Below, piece by piece: positions 17,853 through 28,604 of a stretch of 64,000 bases of DNA. The notes under the pieces were generated by a model, which was given only the letters and a program-made list of their open reading frames with translations, did not search any database and was not told where the DNA came from. Every line of letters begins with the position of its first letter. The first letter of the stretch is position 1. The position numbers were made by a program, and so were the translations under genes. Where the stretch lies: positions 62,001-126,000 of IMG/VR virus record IMGVR_UViG_3300047321_000238; one strand, 5' to 3'.

Positions 17853-18821
17853 ATGAAAAACGTAAATAAAAAAGTGTTAGCAGCAATCTTACTAGTAGGA
17901 ATATCTTCAACAGGACTTATGGCATGTAAGCCATATAACACTCCTGAATTTGTAGATATATCACCATCTCAAACAGCATTTGCTATTCCATTAAAGGGAA
18001 ATGGAGCAGATCAAGTTAAGTTAGATTCAGAAGAAGCTGTTAAAGCAAACTTAGTTACATCTAAAAGAGTACCAATCAGTAAAGAATGGTTACAAACAGG
18101 TAGAGCATTTATATTTGAAGAAGGTAAATGGATTGCAAATGAAGTAGTTATAGTAGTTGAGCGTAAGCCAGAAACTAGAGCTTGGACAGAAGCATCAGGA
18201 ACTGGAACTTCTGTAACAAATGAAGGAATAGAAGCAGAGACTAAAGGCTCAATAGCTTTTATAGCTGGCATGAATTGTACAGCTAGTATTCAAGAGTCTG
18301 ATGCTGCTAAGTATTTATTTAACTATAATGAAAAACCTTTAAAAGATGTAATGGATACAGAAATTAGAGCAGCAGTAGAATCTAAGTTTGGCGAAGAAAT
18401 AGCTAAACGTGATTTAGAAGTAGTTCTTGTTGAGAAAGAACAAATTATGACTGCAGTTAGAACTTATGTTGATGACATGTTTTCTAAGAAAGGAATCACT
18501 ATAAACCAATTAGGTTTAAAAGGTGAGTTCACATATAAAGATCCTAAAGTTCAAGCATCTTTAAATGCTAAATTTACAGCAGCTAAAGACCAAGAATCTC
18601 AAACAATTGTAAATGAAACAAATAAAGCTAAAGCAATTGCTGATGCAGAAGTTATTAGAACTCAAGCATCTACAATGTCTGACACTATTAAACTTAAACA
18701 AGCAGAAGCAGCAATCATTGAAGCAAATGCTAAATTAGAAATGGCTAAATCTATAGGTAACATGAAAGATGTAAAAGTATTAGGAAACAATCCTTTGTTT
18801 GGATCAGACATGTTAAAATAA
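17853..18821 (+). CDS. SPFH/band-7 family lipoprotein
   Basis: Lipobox LMAC; vmDteIRa, GITInqlgl and Ala-rich coiled tail typical of SPFH. Confidence 0.75.
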   Translation: MKNVNKKVLAAILLVGISSTGLMACKPYNTPEFVDISPSQTAFAIPLKGNGADQVKLDSEEAVKANLVTSKRVPISKEWLQTGRAFIFEEGKWIANEVVIVVERKPETRAWTEASGTGTSVTNEGIEAETKGSIAFIAGMNCTASIQESDAAKYLFNYNEKPLKDVMDTEIRAAVESKFGEEIAKRDLEVVLVEKEQIMTAVRTYVDDMFSKKGITINQLGLKGEFTYKDPKVQASLNAKFTAAKDQESQTIVNETNKAKAIADAEVIRTQASTMSDTIKLKQAEAAIIEANAKLEMAKSIGNMKDVKVLGNNPLFGSDMLK

Positions 18822-18828
18822 TAAATAC

Positions 18829-18863
18829 ATGCCAGTGTGAATACTTTTCACTCTGGTATTTTA
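18829..18863 (+). terminator. probable terminator
   Basis: CCAG.GTGAA/TTCAC.CTGG followed by TATTTT. Confidence 0.55.
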
Positions 18864-18963
18864 AAACACATAAACACATAAATACAGTAAATACTTTAAG
18901 GAAACATATAGCAGCAAAATTAAGCTCAGTAAGAACTAGACGAAAGAAACGAGGTGTAGCTTA

Positions 18964-19380
18964 GTGCTTAAAAACAAAGAAAGAAGAGACTATACAAAAA
19001 AACATAATAAAGCATATACGATTGTAGAAGGAATGTTATTAGGTAAAAATACAATACATGGTCTTCTTCATGATGTAGATAAAATAATTTTATATTGTTT
19101 TTTTAATTATAAAACAGTGCATGAATTTCATAGGAAACATTCGAAGCATCATGAGAAAGCTAAGACATTTGAAGATTATTTATCAATGGTAATAGATTGG
19201 GAATGTGCCCGATTTACTAAGCCAGATAAAGGTCTAAATGCATATGATACATTGTATAAATATTATCCAGAACTTGAAAGCAGGATCTTACCTATATTAG
19301 ACGCATTTAATTTAGCTAAGAGTGAAAGCAACTGGTTAGATCATTATAAAGACTATATAGAAGAAAGGTTGGCTGTCTAG
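18964..19380 (+). CDS. His-rich HD-like hypothetical protein
   Basis: LHDVDK, HRKHSKHH, MVIDWEC. Confidence 0.65.
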   Translation: MLKNKERRDYTKKHNKAYTIVEGMLLGKNTIHGLLHDVDKIILYCFFNYKTVHEFHRKHSKHHEKAKTFEDYLSMVIDWECARFTKPDKGLNAYDTLYKYYPELESRILPILDAFNLAKSESNWLDHYKDYIEERLAV

Positions 19381-19595
19381 TGAGATGGAAAAAGATAATC
19401 AAGAAATTTCCTAAGATAGGAGATACAAGAGTAATTAGTTATTTCGCATTACTTTTAGTAGAAATAGATAAAGAAGTAAGATGGCTTGAAAAAGTAACAG
19501 TAAAACAAATAAGAGCATATAAGTACTATGGTCCTTGTGGTCAATACGGTCCACATTGGAAGAATATAAAATTTATAGATGAAGAGGTGAAATAA
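19380..19595 (+). CDS. hypothetical protein
   Basis: Coupled ORF. Confidence 0.65.
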   Translation: MRWKKIIKKFPKIGDTRVISYFALLLVEIDKEVRWLEKVTVKQIRAYKYYGPCGQYGPHWKNIKFIDEEVK

Positions 19596-20371
19596 TGTTA
19601 AAGTTTATTGGAAGAGGATCTTGTTTTAATTCAAAAGAAGGAAACAATTCAGCTTATATAAAAAAAGGTGAAAGTTTCTTATTAATAGATTGTGGTTGTC
19701 TAACTGCAAATAAGATAATTGAATCAAATTTATTAGATGGAGTAAAGAAAGTTCATATATTAATAACGCATTTCCACGATGATCATGTTGGTAGCTTGGG
19801 AAGCTTACTATTATATTGTCGTTATGCATTAGATATAATACCAGATATATATTTTGAAGACAAACAGTATTTAGTTGATTTCTTAGCTATGCAAGGACTA
19901 TTAGAACATGAAGTTTATACGTATATGACAAATAGATATGTTGACGATATGAAATTAACTTATTCTCCAGTTCCAACAAAACATTATGAATTTTATAAGC
20001 CAATTCAAGAGACTGTTTATTCAAGTGAAATAACAAAGACTGTAGTCATGACAAATTACTTTAAATGCTATGGATATTATCTTGTAAAAAATAATATTGA
20101 AAGAACAAATCAACATGCATATTATTCTGGAGACAGCAATTCAATTCCAAAAAATATGTTAGATATATTAGAATTTTATGATTCAGCAATTTTATATCAA
20201 GATGTATGCTTATCAGATGAACATGGATATGCTCATTTACCTCTAAGTAAGTTATGTGAATTAATACCTAAAGAATTAAGACATAAAGTATATTGTATGC
20301 ATTTGAACTCAGATGAATTAATAACTAAATGTAAAGAAGAAGGATTCAACGTTGTTGAAGTGGAGGTTTAA
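19595..20371 (+). CDS. metallo-beta-lactamase fold hydrolase (RNase Z-like)
   Basis: LIDCG, THFHDDHVG, YSGDS, AH, MH motifs. Confidence 0.85.
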   Translation: MLKFIGRGSCFNSKEGNNSAYIKKGESFLLIDCGCLTANKIIESNLLDGVKKVHILITHFHDDHVGSLGSLLLYCRYALDIIPDIYFEDKQYLVDFLAMQGLLEHEVYTYMTNRYVDDMKLTYSPVPTKHYEFYKPIQETVYSSEITKTVVMTNYFKCYGYYLVKNNIERTNQHAYYSGDSNSIPKNMLDILEFYDSAILYQDVCLSDEHGYAHLPLSKLCELIPKELRHKVYCMHLNSDELITKCKEEGFNVVEVEV

Positions 20372-20373
20372 AA

Positions 20374-20604
20374 ATGGAACATGAACATTTATGTACAATA
20401 CAAATTGTAGAAAAATTTCAAGCACTGATTTCAGAAGTAAAAGATTTTGAATCAGCACTTAAAAGCCTTAGAGGAAACGGACCAGATTGGAACGTTGGTA
20501 TAGAAAAAGACGAAAGACCAGCTGTTAAAACTTTATATTTAGCTTATAAAGAAGCAAAAGAAAGAGCTAATGATTTCAATCAAATTATTTGGAAAGAGGC
20601 GTAA
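20374..20604 (+). CDS. hypothetical protein
   Basis: GGAGG SD. Confidence 0.7.
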   Translation: MEHEHLCTIQIVEKFQALISEVKDFESALKSLRGNGPDWNVGIEKDERPAVKTLYLAYKEAKERANDFNQIIWKEA

Positions 20605-20605
20605 G

Positions 20606-21367
20606 ATGAATAAGATATTAAAAAACAGTATAGTAATTATTGTTCTTCTTATGGCATATTCTTTTATAAGTAATTTTGCAAATATAAATGCTTTGTTTAT
20701 GCCAAAAGTAGATACAATATTCGAAGACTTTAAAACATTATTTGCTAATGGAATGCTAACAGAATCTATATTAAAATCATTTTTAAGGATAACAATAGCT
20801 ACAAGTATATCTTGTGCAATAAGTGTTCCTTTAGCATTACTTATATATAGTTCTAAAACATTAGATGATATTATATCACCTATAGCAAATATGTTTAGAT
20901 ATGTACCAATAACTGCTTTCGGCCCATTATTAATATTATGGGTTGGAATAGGCGAAGATATGAAGATAACATTCTTATTTTGTGCAACATTCTTTTATTT
21001 CTTACCAACATTGGTAATGAACATGAAAGAAATAGACATAAGACTTATAGAAACAGGTTACACAATGGGAATGAGTAAGTTCCAAGTAATAACTAAAATT
21101 GTAGTACCTTATACGTTACCAAGTATATGCCAAAGCATTCTTATGATGTATGGAATAGGTTGGTCGTATATAGTTGTAGCAGAAGCTACAAATGCAACAA
21201 GAGGCTTAGGGTATTTAATCAATATAGGTTCTGCAAGAGGTAGAACTGATATGGTATTTATGTCTATGATAACTATAATGGCAATAAGCTTTATAGTAGA
21301 CACAATTGGTAATAAATTAATAGCTAAATGTTTTAGCTGGAAGTTTAAAAAAATAGAGGAAAATTAA
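20606..21367 (+). CDS. ABC transporter permease (SsuC/TauC/NitT type)
   Basis: FRYVPITAFGPLLILWVGIGE, EtGyTMG EAA loop, WSYIVVAE, RGLGYLI. Confidence 0.9.
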   Translation: MNKILKNSIVIIVLLMAYSFISNFANINALFMPKVDTIFEDFKTLFANGMLTESILKSFLRITIATSISCAISVPLALLIYSSKTLDDIISPIANMFRYVPITAFGPLLILWVGIGEDMKITFLFCATFFYFLPTLVMNMKEIDIRLIETGYTMGMSKFQVITKIVVPYTLPSICQSILMMYGIGWSYIVVAEATNATRGLGYLINIGSARGRTDMVFMSMITIMAISFIVDTIGNKLIAKCFSWKFKKIEEN

Positions 21368-21368
21368 T

Positions 21369-21632
21369 ATGGATTCAAATAAATTTAGTAAAATATTATT
21401 AGAAAAAAACGATAAAGATTATGGCTTATGCCCACCACCTATAAATGCTCAAGAAGGATTAAATATCTTAATTGAGCATTTTTTAGGAGAAGATTGGTTT
21501 GTAACAATGCCAATGTGTCAAGAACAGGTAAATACAGCAGCCATTTATACAATATTAAATAAATATCAAAAAAAAGAATCATTAATCGAAATCGTTAAGA
21601 ACATGATAATAAGTAGAGGAAAAATGATATAA
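21369..21632 (+). CDS. hypothetical protein
   Basis: ORF in operon. Confidence 0.7.
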   Translation: MDSNKFSKILLEKNDKDYGLCPPPINAQEGLNILIEHFLGEDWFVTMPMCQEQVNTAAIYTILNKYQKKESLIEIVKNMIISRGKMI

Positions 21633-21663
21633 TAAATAATATAATTTGAGGAGGAAATAACAA

Positions 21664-23718
21664 ATGGGATTAGCATTTAGAAATTTTAAAAAAATATTTC
21701 AAGGAAATTTTGAGGGACTAGTAAAAGATGAAAGTAAATTATTTGAGGTAACAGTAGATAAAGATGAATTATGGTATTTATATCTTAATTCATTCCCAGC
21801 TGGCACTAATGAAATGTATAGAAACAGAAGAGAATTTGATTGTTCTTGCTGTAGACAATTCATGAGAGCTGTAGCTAGTGCCGTTACTATAAAAAATAAT
21901 AAAATAGTTACTATGTGGGACTTTGACGCACAAAGTACTACGTTCCAACCAGTAATTGATGCATTAGATGCTTATATCAAATCTAAAGCTATCAATAGTG
22001 TTTATGTTAGTAAGCTTAAGAAAATAGGTACTGACAGCAATAGAGAATTAGTAGATGGAAATGCAAACACTTGGGAACATTTCTTTTTAGAACTTCCAGA
22101 TAAGTTTGTTGATAGAAGTGATAAGTCTGAAGGAGATATCCAAGGAACTTATAGATCTACTAAAGATGTATTTAAAAGATCTTTAGAAGAATTAACAGTA
22201 GAATCAGTTGAAACATTATTGGAATTAATTGCTTCTAATTCTTTGTATAAAGGTGAAGAATGGAAAGCTGCATTAACAGAATTCTTAAAGCTTAAAAAAG
22301 AATATGAAAAATTACCAGAAGAAGAAAAAGATTTATACGCTTGGGTTAAATCAGTTGATGTCAATATGGCTGTTGGTAGAATAAGAAATCATTCTATCGG
22401 AGTACTTCTTGTTGATCTAAGTGAAGGTATGGATCTAGAAAAAGCTATTAATAAATATGAAACTGTAATTGTAGCACCAGAAAACTTCAAGAGAAAGAGA
22501 GTGTTATATACTTCTAGACAATTAGAAGAAGGTAAAACAAAATTAACTGAAGGAGGATATATGCCAGCACTTCCAAGAAGACATGCTAATCTTGATGATA
22601 TAAGTGTTAACAACATTTTATTTAGCAACAAAGATTCAGCTAAAAGAATGAAAGGAACTGACATATTTGATGAAATGGCAAGTGCTGTTCCAGTTAATCC
22701 TAAGAAGTTCAATAAAGTTGAAGAAATTGCTATAGAAGACTTTGTTAAAAATGTGCTTCCATTAACAAGAGAAGTTGAAGTATATTTAGAAAATAAACAT
22801 TCTAATAACATGATGTCATTGATAACTGCACAAGATGCAGAAGCACCATCTATGTTTAAATGGAATAATCCTTTCTCATGGGCATACTCAGGTAATATCA
22901 CTGACTCTTCTATGAAAGAAAGAGTAAAAGCAGCTGGTGGTGGTGTAGACGGTGTATTAAGATTTAGTATACAATGGAATTCAGGAACTGCCCATGATAG
23001 AAATGATTTAGATGCACATTGTAAAGAACCAGAAAATTATGAAATTTATTTCAACAATAGACACAAGATTAGTCCAACTGGAGGAAAATTAGATGTAGAT
23101 ATTACTAATCCTAGAATTGGAATTCCTGCAGTAGAAAATATAACATGGGCAAATACAAGCAGTATGAAAGAAGGAACTTATAGATTCTTCGTTGATGGTT
23201 TTGCTAATAGAGGAGGTCGTGATGGCTTTACTGCTGAAATAGAATTCAACGGTCAAATCTTCTCATTCGAATACAATAAAGAAGTAAGAGATAAAGAAAA
23301 AGTCATGGTTGCTGAAGTCACTTATAGCAAAGAAAATGGATTCAGTATTAAAGAATTATTACCATCTACTGTGTCTTCGAAAGAAGTATGGGGATTAAAT
23401 ACTAATCAATTTGTACCAGCAAGTGTTGTTATGTTCTCACCAAATTTTTGGGATGAACAAGAAGGAATTGGACATAAGCACTATTTCTTCATGTTGAAGA
23501 ATTGCGTTAACCCAGAGAAACCAAACGGTTTCTATAACGAATTCTTAAACAATGATTTAACACCTATTGCAAGAGTTACTGAATTCTTAGGAAGTAAAAT
23601 GGCTGTGCAAGATGTTAAGGATCAATTATCAGGAGTAGGATTCTCTTCTACTAAGAGGAACAATCTTATAGTAAAAGTAAAAGGTCAAACTGAAAGAGTA
23701 TTAAAAATAATATTTTAA
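21664..23718 (+). CDS. large conserved phage protein, 684 aa, with YfaP/DUF2135-like C-terminal segment
   Basis: FDCSCCRQF; LRFSIQWN...DLDAHC...GKLDVD. Confidence 0.7.
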   Translation: MGLAFRNFKKIFQGNFEGLVKDESKLFEVTVDKDELWYLYLNSFPAGTNEMYRNRREFDCSCCRQFMRAVASAVTIKNNKIVTMWDFDAQSTTFQPVIDALDAYIKSKAINSVYVSKLKKIGTDSNRELVDGNANTWEHFFLELPDKFVDRSDKSEGDIQGTYRSTKDVFKRSLEELTVESVETLLELIASNSLYKGEEWKAALTEFLKLKKEYEKLPEEEKDLYAWVKSVDVNMAVGRIRNHSIGVLLVDLSEGMDLEKAINKYETVIVAPENFKRKRVLYTSRQLEEGKTKLTEGGYMPALPRRHANLDDISVNNILFSNKDSAKRMKGTDIFDEMASAVPVNPKKFNKVEEIAIEDFVKNVLPLTREVEVYLENKHSNNMMSLITAQDAEAPSMFKWNNPFSWAYSGNITDSSMKERVKAAGGGVDGVLRFSIQWNSGTAHDRNDLDAHCKEPENYEIYFNNRHKISPTGGKLDVDITNPRIGIPAVENITWANTSSMKEGTYRFFVDGFANRGGRDGFTAEIEFNGQIFSFEYNKEVRDKEKVMVAEVTYSKENGFSIKELLPSTVSSKEVWGLNTNQFVPASVVMFSPNFWDEQEGIGHKHYFFMLKNCVNPEKPNGFYNEFLNNDLTPIARVTEFLGSKMAVQDVKDQLSGVGFSSTKRNNLIVKVKGQTERVLKIIF

Positions 23719-23739
23719 TTAAGAGAGGAAAGATGTAAA

Positions 23740-24120
23740 ATGGAAAAAAATTTATTTGAATTAGCAACAAGAATGAGATTGAGGTTCCCACACAATGGGA
23801 TTGTAGATGTTGAAGGATTGTGGCAATTACCAGTCACTAAATTAGATGCAATATACAAGGTTTTAAATTCTGAAGCAAAGCAAACAAAAGAAGAAAGTCT
23901 TCTTGATACAAAAACAGCTAAAGATGAAGAACTTGAACTTAAAATTGAAATAGTAAAACACATTGTAAAGACAAAGCAAGATGAAGCTAAAACTTTAAAA
24001 AATGCTGCGGCTAAGAAAGAAGAAAAGGAAAAGCTTCTTAGTGTATTAGATAGAAAAGAAAATGAAGCTTTAGAATCTTTATCAGCTGAAGAACTTAAGA
24101 AAAGAATAGCAGAACTATAA
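23740..24120 (+). CDS. coiled-coil phage protein
   Basis: LFELATRMRLRFP...VEGLWQL; E/K-rich tail. Confidence 0.75.
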   Translation: MEKNLFELATRMRLRFPHNGIVDVEGLWQLPVTKLDAIYKVLNSEAKQTKEESLLDTKTAKDEELELKIEIVKHIVKTKQDEAKTLKNAAAKKEEKEKLLSVLDRKENEALESLSAEELKKRIAEL

Positions 24121-24197
24121 TTTTAACGAATTCATTATTTGATATGTAATGTATTGAATAATGAATTCATATTAATGAAAACTAGGAGGAATTTAGT

Positions 24198-24380
24198 ATG
24201 AAGAAAATAGTATCAAGTGATTTAATAGTATATGATGACATGCAAGAGTTTATGGATGAATATCAAAAACTAATAGATATTAAACAACTAAATGGAGAAG
24301 AAGTCGAAACACATTATGCTCATACCCCACAAGGTAATTTCTTTTCAGCATTAGTATTAGGTAGAAAGGATAGATATTAA
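24198..24380 (+). CDS. hypothetical protein
   Basis: AGGAGG SD. Confidence 0.7.
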   Translation: MKKIVSSDLIVYDDMQEFMDEYQKLIDIKQLNGEEVETHYAHTPQGNFFSALVLGRKDRY

Positions 24381-24486
24381 TATGGAACAGAGCAAAACGT
24401 TAGACCAAATATGTACAAAAAAAGGCTTTAAGCCTAATAAAATATATCTATTCAATACTAAATTAATTAAATAGAAGGGTGATAAT

Positions 24487-24705
24487 ATGGATTTGTATAT
24501 AAACATAATAAAAGCTCAGTTAGATAACATAATACAATCTAATAAACATTATGTCGCAGCTAAGGGCGATAAAGGTAAGAAACAGTCAGCTTTAGTACTG
24601 GCTACTAATATATGCAAACTAGAAAAAATTATAGAAGAATCATTAAAAGAGATTGAAAAAGCAGGAGTAGATGTAGATAGAGTAAGAATGAGGTTAGATT
24701 TATGA
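24487..24705 (+). CDS. hypothetical protein
   Basis: AAGGGTG SD. Confidence 0.7.
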   Translation: MDLYINIIKAQLDNIIQSNKHYVAAKGDKGKKQSALVLATNICKLEKIIEESLKEIEKAGVDVDRVRMRLDL

Positions 24706-25331
24706 TAGAATGTACTGGTTTATCTATGAAATATGGAAAACAAGAAATCTTTAAAAACTTTAATCATACCTTTAAAGATAACTCAATAACAGCAATTATG
24801 GGTGAGTCAGGTAAAGGCAAGACTACATTAATTAAATGTATAGCAGGGCTTAATAAAGCTTATGAAGGACAGATTCTATATAAGAAGTCAAAGGAGGATG
24901 CCGCAGGAGATACCATCACTAAACCACATAAGGATATATTTATGATGCATCAAAGCTATACTAATTTTCCTTGGAAAAATTGTTTAGAAAATGTATTGTT
25001 TCCATTAGAAATTAATGGTAAGATAAGTGAAGCAGATATACTAGAAGCAAAAGAGATTTTGGCTTCTGTTAATCTAAATGGATATGAAGATAAACATCCT
25101 AGTGAATTATCTGGAGGAATGAATCAAAGGTTAGCAATGGCAAGAATGCTAATGGCCAAGCCTAGAGTTCTTTTGATGGACGAGCCTATGAGTGCGTTAG
25201 ATAGCGTAACTAGAGGTAAAGTACAGGATTTATTGATGAATTTCCAAAGGAAACTAAAAAATACAATCATATTAATAACACATGATGAAAGCGAAGCTAA
25301 GAGAATATCAAGTGAGATAATAAATTTTTAG
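24702..25331 (+). CDS. ABC transporter ATP-binding protein
   Basis: Walker A GESGKGKTT, signature LSGGMNQR, Walker B LLMDEP, ITHD. Confidence 0.95.
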   Translation: MIECTGLSMKYGKQEIFKNFNHTFKDNSITAIMGESGKGKTTLIKCIAGLNKAYEGQILYKKSKEDAAGDTITKPHKDIFMMHQSYTNFPWKNCLENVLFPLEINGKISEADILEAKEILASVNLNGYEDKHPSELSGGMNQRLAMARMLMAKPRVLLMDEPMSALDSVTRGKVQDLLMNFQRKLKNTIILITHDESEAKRISSEIINF

Positions 25332-25343
25332 GAGGAAAAAATT

Positions 25344-25880
25344 ATGGGATTTATGGACAAAATTAAAAACGCATTAATAGAAGAGGACGTTACTTCGGTA
25401 AACGTAGGGCCTGCAGGGAGAGTAAATGTAACTCCAGTAGCAACGTATGAACCAATTATAGAAGTAGATACTACAAATGTATTAAGTATTGACAATATCT
25501 ATGAAGCTGGCTGTATTACAGACAGAGAAAGATCAATCTATAAAGTAGAAGAAATTAGAAAGATACTTCCAGATAGTCTTACAAAAGAAGCAAAGAAAGC
25601 TTCAGTTGTTGGAATGTTAAGTGTTTCAAAGATAACTGTAGAAGAAGTATGTTTAGATGCAGATAAGAGAACTGAATTGCTATTAAATACATTAGAACAA
25701 TTCACTCAAGAAACTGTAGCTATTAGACAACAAGCTCAAGTAGAAATTGATGAGTTAGAAGCTCAAGTTGAAGCAAAGAAAGCAGAAGTAACTGCAAGAA
25801 ACTTAGAACAAGAAAAACAAGGTGAAATTATAACTACAGAATTAGAAGCAATTAGAACAATAAATGAATTTATTAAATAA
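25344..25880 (+). CDS. hypothetical coiled-coil protein of the ABC/PspA module
   Basis: AGGAGG SD; between ATPase and PspA-like genes. Confidence 0.75.
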   Translation: MGFMDKIKNALIEEDVTSVNVGPAGRVNVTPVATYEPIIEVDTTNVLSIDNIYEAGCITDRERSIYKVEEIRKILPDSLTKEAKKASVVGMLSVSKITVEEVCLDADKRTELLLNTLEQFTQETVAIRQQAQVEIDELEAQVEAKKAEVTARNLEQEKQGEIITTELEAIRTINEFIK

Positions 25881-25896
25881 GAGAGGATGATGTAAA

Positions 25897-26625
25897 ATGA
25901 TAACTTTAATCGTTGGAGCATTAATTGTATTCGGAGGTATTTTAGTAGTATTTCCAAAGTCTAGAGTATTGTTAAAAGGAATGGTCAATGTCTTCATAGA
26001 AGATGCAGCTAAAACTCCTGAAGGAGCTAAAGCAGTATATAATGAAGCTATTGATCAAAAGAAGAAAGATTATACTAGAGCAGCTGATACATTACAAAAG
26101 TTCACGGGAGCTCTTGAAACAGCTAAGAATAATCAAATTAGAGCAGAAAAAGATTTAAAGAATGCTGAACATCAATGTGATGTATTAATGAGTCAAAACA
26201 ATGAAGCTGATGCACAAATCATGGTGCAAGAAGTAATGCTTCATAGAAAAGAAATCGAAACTTATTCAGCTCAAGTTGCTAAGTTAACACCAGCAGTTGA
26301 AGAAGCTAGAAATATAGCTACAACATTCCAAAAAGATGTTAAAGAACTTCAAGTCAAGAGAGAAATGAATGTTAAAGATCTTGAACTTAATATTCAAAAT
26401 AAAGAGTTATATGATAGTTTAGATGAGTTAAGACATTCTAAACCAATCAATAATCTTCTTAAATCAGTTGAAGAAGGTATTGTTGAAAAGAGAGAAATAG
26501 CTGTTGGAGCTAGAGAAGTTCATGAAAACAAACTTACAACAAAGATCGATAGAATTAACACTAAAGTAGCTGATGTCGAAAGTGATAATTATTTAGCTAG
26601 TTTAAGAGATAAATATAAGAAATAA
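25897..26625 (+). CDS. PspA/IM30-like coiled-coil protein with N-terminal TM
   Basis: TM then long heptad helix ending YLASLRDKY. Confidence 0.7.
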   Translation: MITLIVGALIVFGGILVVFPKSRVLLKGMVNVFIEDAAKTPEGAKAVYNEAIDQKKKDYTRAADTLQKFTGALETAKNNQIRAEKDLKNAEHQCDVLMSQNNEADAQIMVQEVMLHRKEIETYSAQVAKLTPAVEEARNIATTFQKDVKELQVKREMNVKDLELNIQNKELYDSLDELRHSKPINNLLKSVEEGIVEKREIAVGAREVHENKLTTKIDRINTKVADVESDNYLASLRDKYKK

Positions 26626-26655
26626 TTGTAACAAATATGAGGAGGATGTAATAAA

Positions 26656-28224
26656 ATGAAAAGATTTAAATTTACAAAAACAGCGAGGATTTTATTAGTA
26701 ATACTAGCTTTAGCTATAATAGGTGTGTTAGGTTGGAAAACTGGAGCAGCTAAAAAAGTAGTAACATTTGCAAAGAACGATGTATCTTCAGTATTTAGTA
26801 AAAATGATAGTACTGATGAAATGTATGCAAAAGCAGAAGCAATTAAAAAAGAAGATGGAGCTATTAATATATCATTAGATGAATGGGTTGGTTGGAAACC
26901 TATTATAGATGCTAACGGTGGTTTACAAACTGCTAAAGGAAGTATCTTAGATAAAAAAGGAATTAAATTAAACATTTCAGTAATTAATGATTATACTCAA
27001 TCAAGTAATGCTTTAATCAAAGGTGATCTTAATGCCGCTGGTTATACAGTAAATAGATATGCTTTTCTTTATGACAAATTTAAATCAGCTAATGTTGAAA
27101 CTAATATGGGTATCATAATTGATAACTCCAATGGTGGTAACGGAATTATAGCTAAAAAAGGTATTAATAGTTTAAGAGATTTAATAGGTAAGAAGATTGG
27201 TATTCCAAGATTCTCTGAATGTCAAGCAATGGTAGAATTCTTAATCCAAAAATCAGATTTAACAGCTGATGAAGCTACAAAATTAAGAGCAGGATTCGTT
27301 CCATTTGACTCTCCAGATGATACAGCTAAAGCATTCTATGCTGGAGAATTAGATGCAGCATCAACTTGGCAACCATATCTAACACAAGCAACATCTACAG
27401 TAGATGCACATATATTGTTCTCTACAAAAGATGCTCCAAACTTAATTATGGATGGTCTTGTGTTTAGAAAAGATTTCGCAGATAAGAATAAAGAAACTAT
27501 CGAAAAATTATTAGAAGGTATTTTAGAAGCACAAGCAATATATTCTACAGATGCAAAAGCTATATCTCAATCTTTCCCAATGTTTGCAACTCAAACAGAT
27601 AAAGAAACTTTAGATATGACTGGTGATTCACAACCAACTAATAGTGCAAGTATGTTAAATTATATGGATAAAAACGGAGCTGCTGTCAACTTATTCAGAG
27701 ATATGGCTAACATATGGTCTGGATTAGGAGAAAAATCAGATCCAGCAAATGCAGCAGTTGCATTTGATAACACTTATATTAAAGATGTTGCACCTAAATA
27801 TACTGATGCTAAGGTAGCAAAGCCAACATTTACTGCAGAACAAAAACAAACTGCACAATCTCAAGATAATAAACAAGCTTTATTAAGTCAAAAATTATCT
27901 ATTAGTTTTGATGTTGGTAGTGCAAGTATATCTTCAGATAGTTATGCATCATTAAAAGAATTCTTTAACACAGCGAATATATTAAACGGTACTGTTATCC
28001 AAATTGAGGGTAACACAGATAATACTGGAGATGCAACAGCTAACCAAGCATTATCTGAAAAGAGAGCACAAAGTATTGCAAAATACTTACAAGCTCAAGG
28101 TTTAGATGCAAGTAGATTCGTAGTTATTGGTAATGGACCTAATAAACCAGTTGCAGATAATAATTCTGCCGAAGGTCAAGCTGCTAATAGAAGAACAGAT
28201 ATGTACTTCAAAGTAGTTAAATAA
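26656..28224 (+). CDS. SsuA/THI5-like substrate-binding protein fused to an OmpA/MotB-like domain
   Basis: DNSNGGNGII, DLIGKKI, GELDAASTWQPY; IEGNTD, NQALSEKRA, NRRTD. Confidence 0.85.
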   Translation: MKRFKFTKTARILLVILALAIIGVLGWKTGAAKKVVTFAKNDVSSVFSKNDSTDEMYAKAEAIKKEDGAINISLDEWVGWKPIIDANGGLQTAKGSILDKKGIKLNISVINDYTQSSNALIKGDLNAAGYTVNRYAFLYDKFKSANVETNMGIIIDNSNGGNGIIAKKGINSLRDLIGKKIGIPRFSECQAMVEFLIQKSDLTADEATKLRAGFVPFDSPDDTAKAFYAGELDAASTWQPYLTQATSTVDAHILFSTKDAPNLIMDGLVFRKDFADKNKETIEKLLEGILEAQAIYSTDAKAISQSFPMFATQTDKETLDMTGDSQPTNSASMLNYMDKNGAAVNLFRDMANIWSGLGEKSDPANAAVAFDNTYIKDVAPKYTDAKVAKPTFTAEQKQTAQSQDNKQALLSQKLSISFDVGSASISSDSYASLKEFFNTANILNGTVIQIEGNTDNTGDATANQALSEKRAQSIAKYLQAQGLDASRFVVIGNGPNKPVADNNSAEGQAANRRTDMYFKVVK

Positions 28225-28235
28225 TAAAGATAATT

Positions 28236-28264
28236 GGGCTCATATAAATGGGCCCTTTGTTTTA
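28236..28264 (+). terminator. Rho-independent terminator
   Basis: GGGCTCAT/ATGGGCCC followed by TTTGTTTT. Confidence 0.8.
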
Positions 28265-28325
28265 TTAATATATGTATTCAGTAATATGAATATAAATATT
28301 AGTAAAAATAAAAGGAGTTATTATT

Positions 28326-28589
28326 ATGATATTGTTAAATATTTTTATCACTTTTTGCGTTTGGGCAATTGGTTGTTATGTTGTTCAAGAATATGAGTTT
28401 TTTAATGAATTTGCTGAAAAATTTCCAAGACCGATAGAATTATTCATTAAAATTTTGTATATGACTCCCTATGTAGGTCTTATAATAGTTGTTACTACTA
28501 TTTGTCTTTTGTTATGTGGATGTATAATTGGAATAATTATATTATATCCTATAAGTTGTATTACAAGTATATTTGAAAAAGATAAATAA
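28326..28589 (+). CDS. membrane protein
   Basis: AAGGAG SD; hydrophobic. Confidence 0.7.
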   Translation: MILLNIFITFCVWAIGCYVVQEYEFFNEFAEKFPRPIELFIKILYMTPYVGLIIVVTTICLLLCGCIIGIIILYPISCITSIFEKDK

Positions 28590-28604
28590 TAAGGTGGATG
28601 ATAG

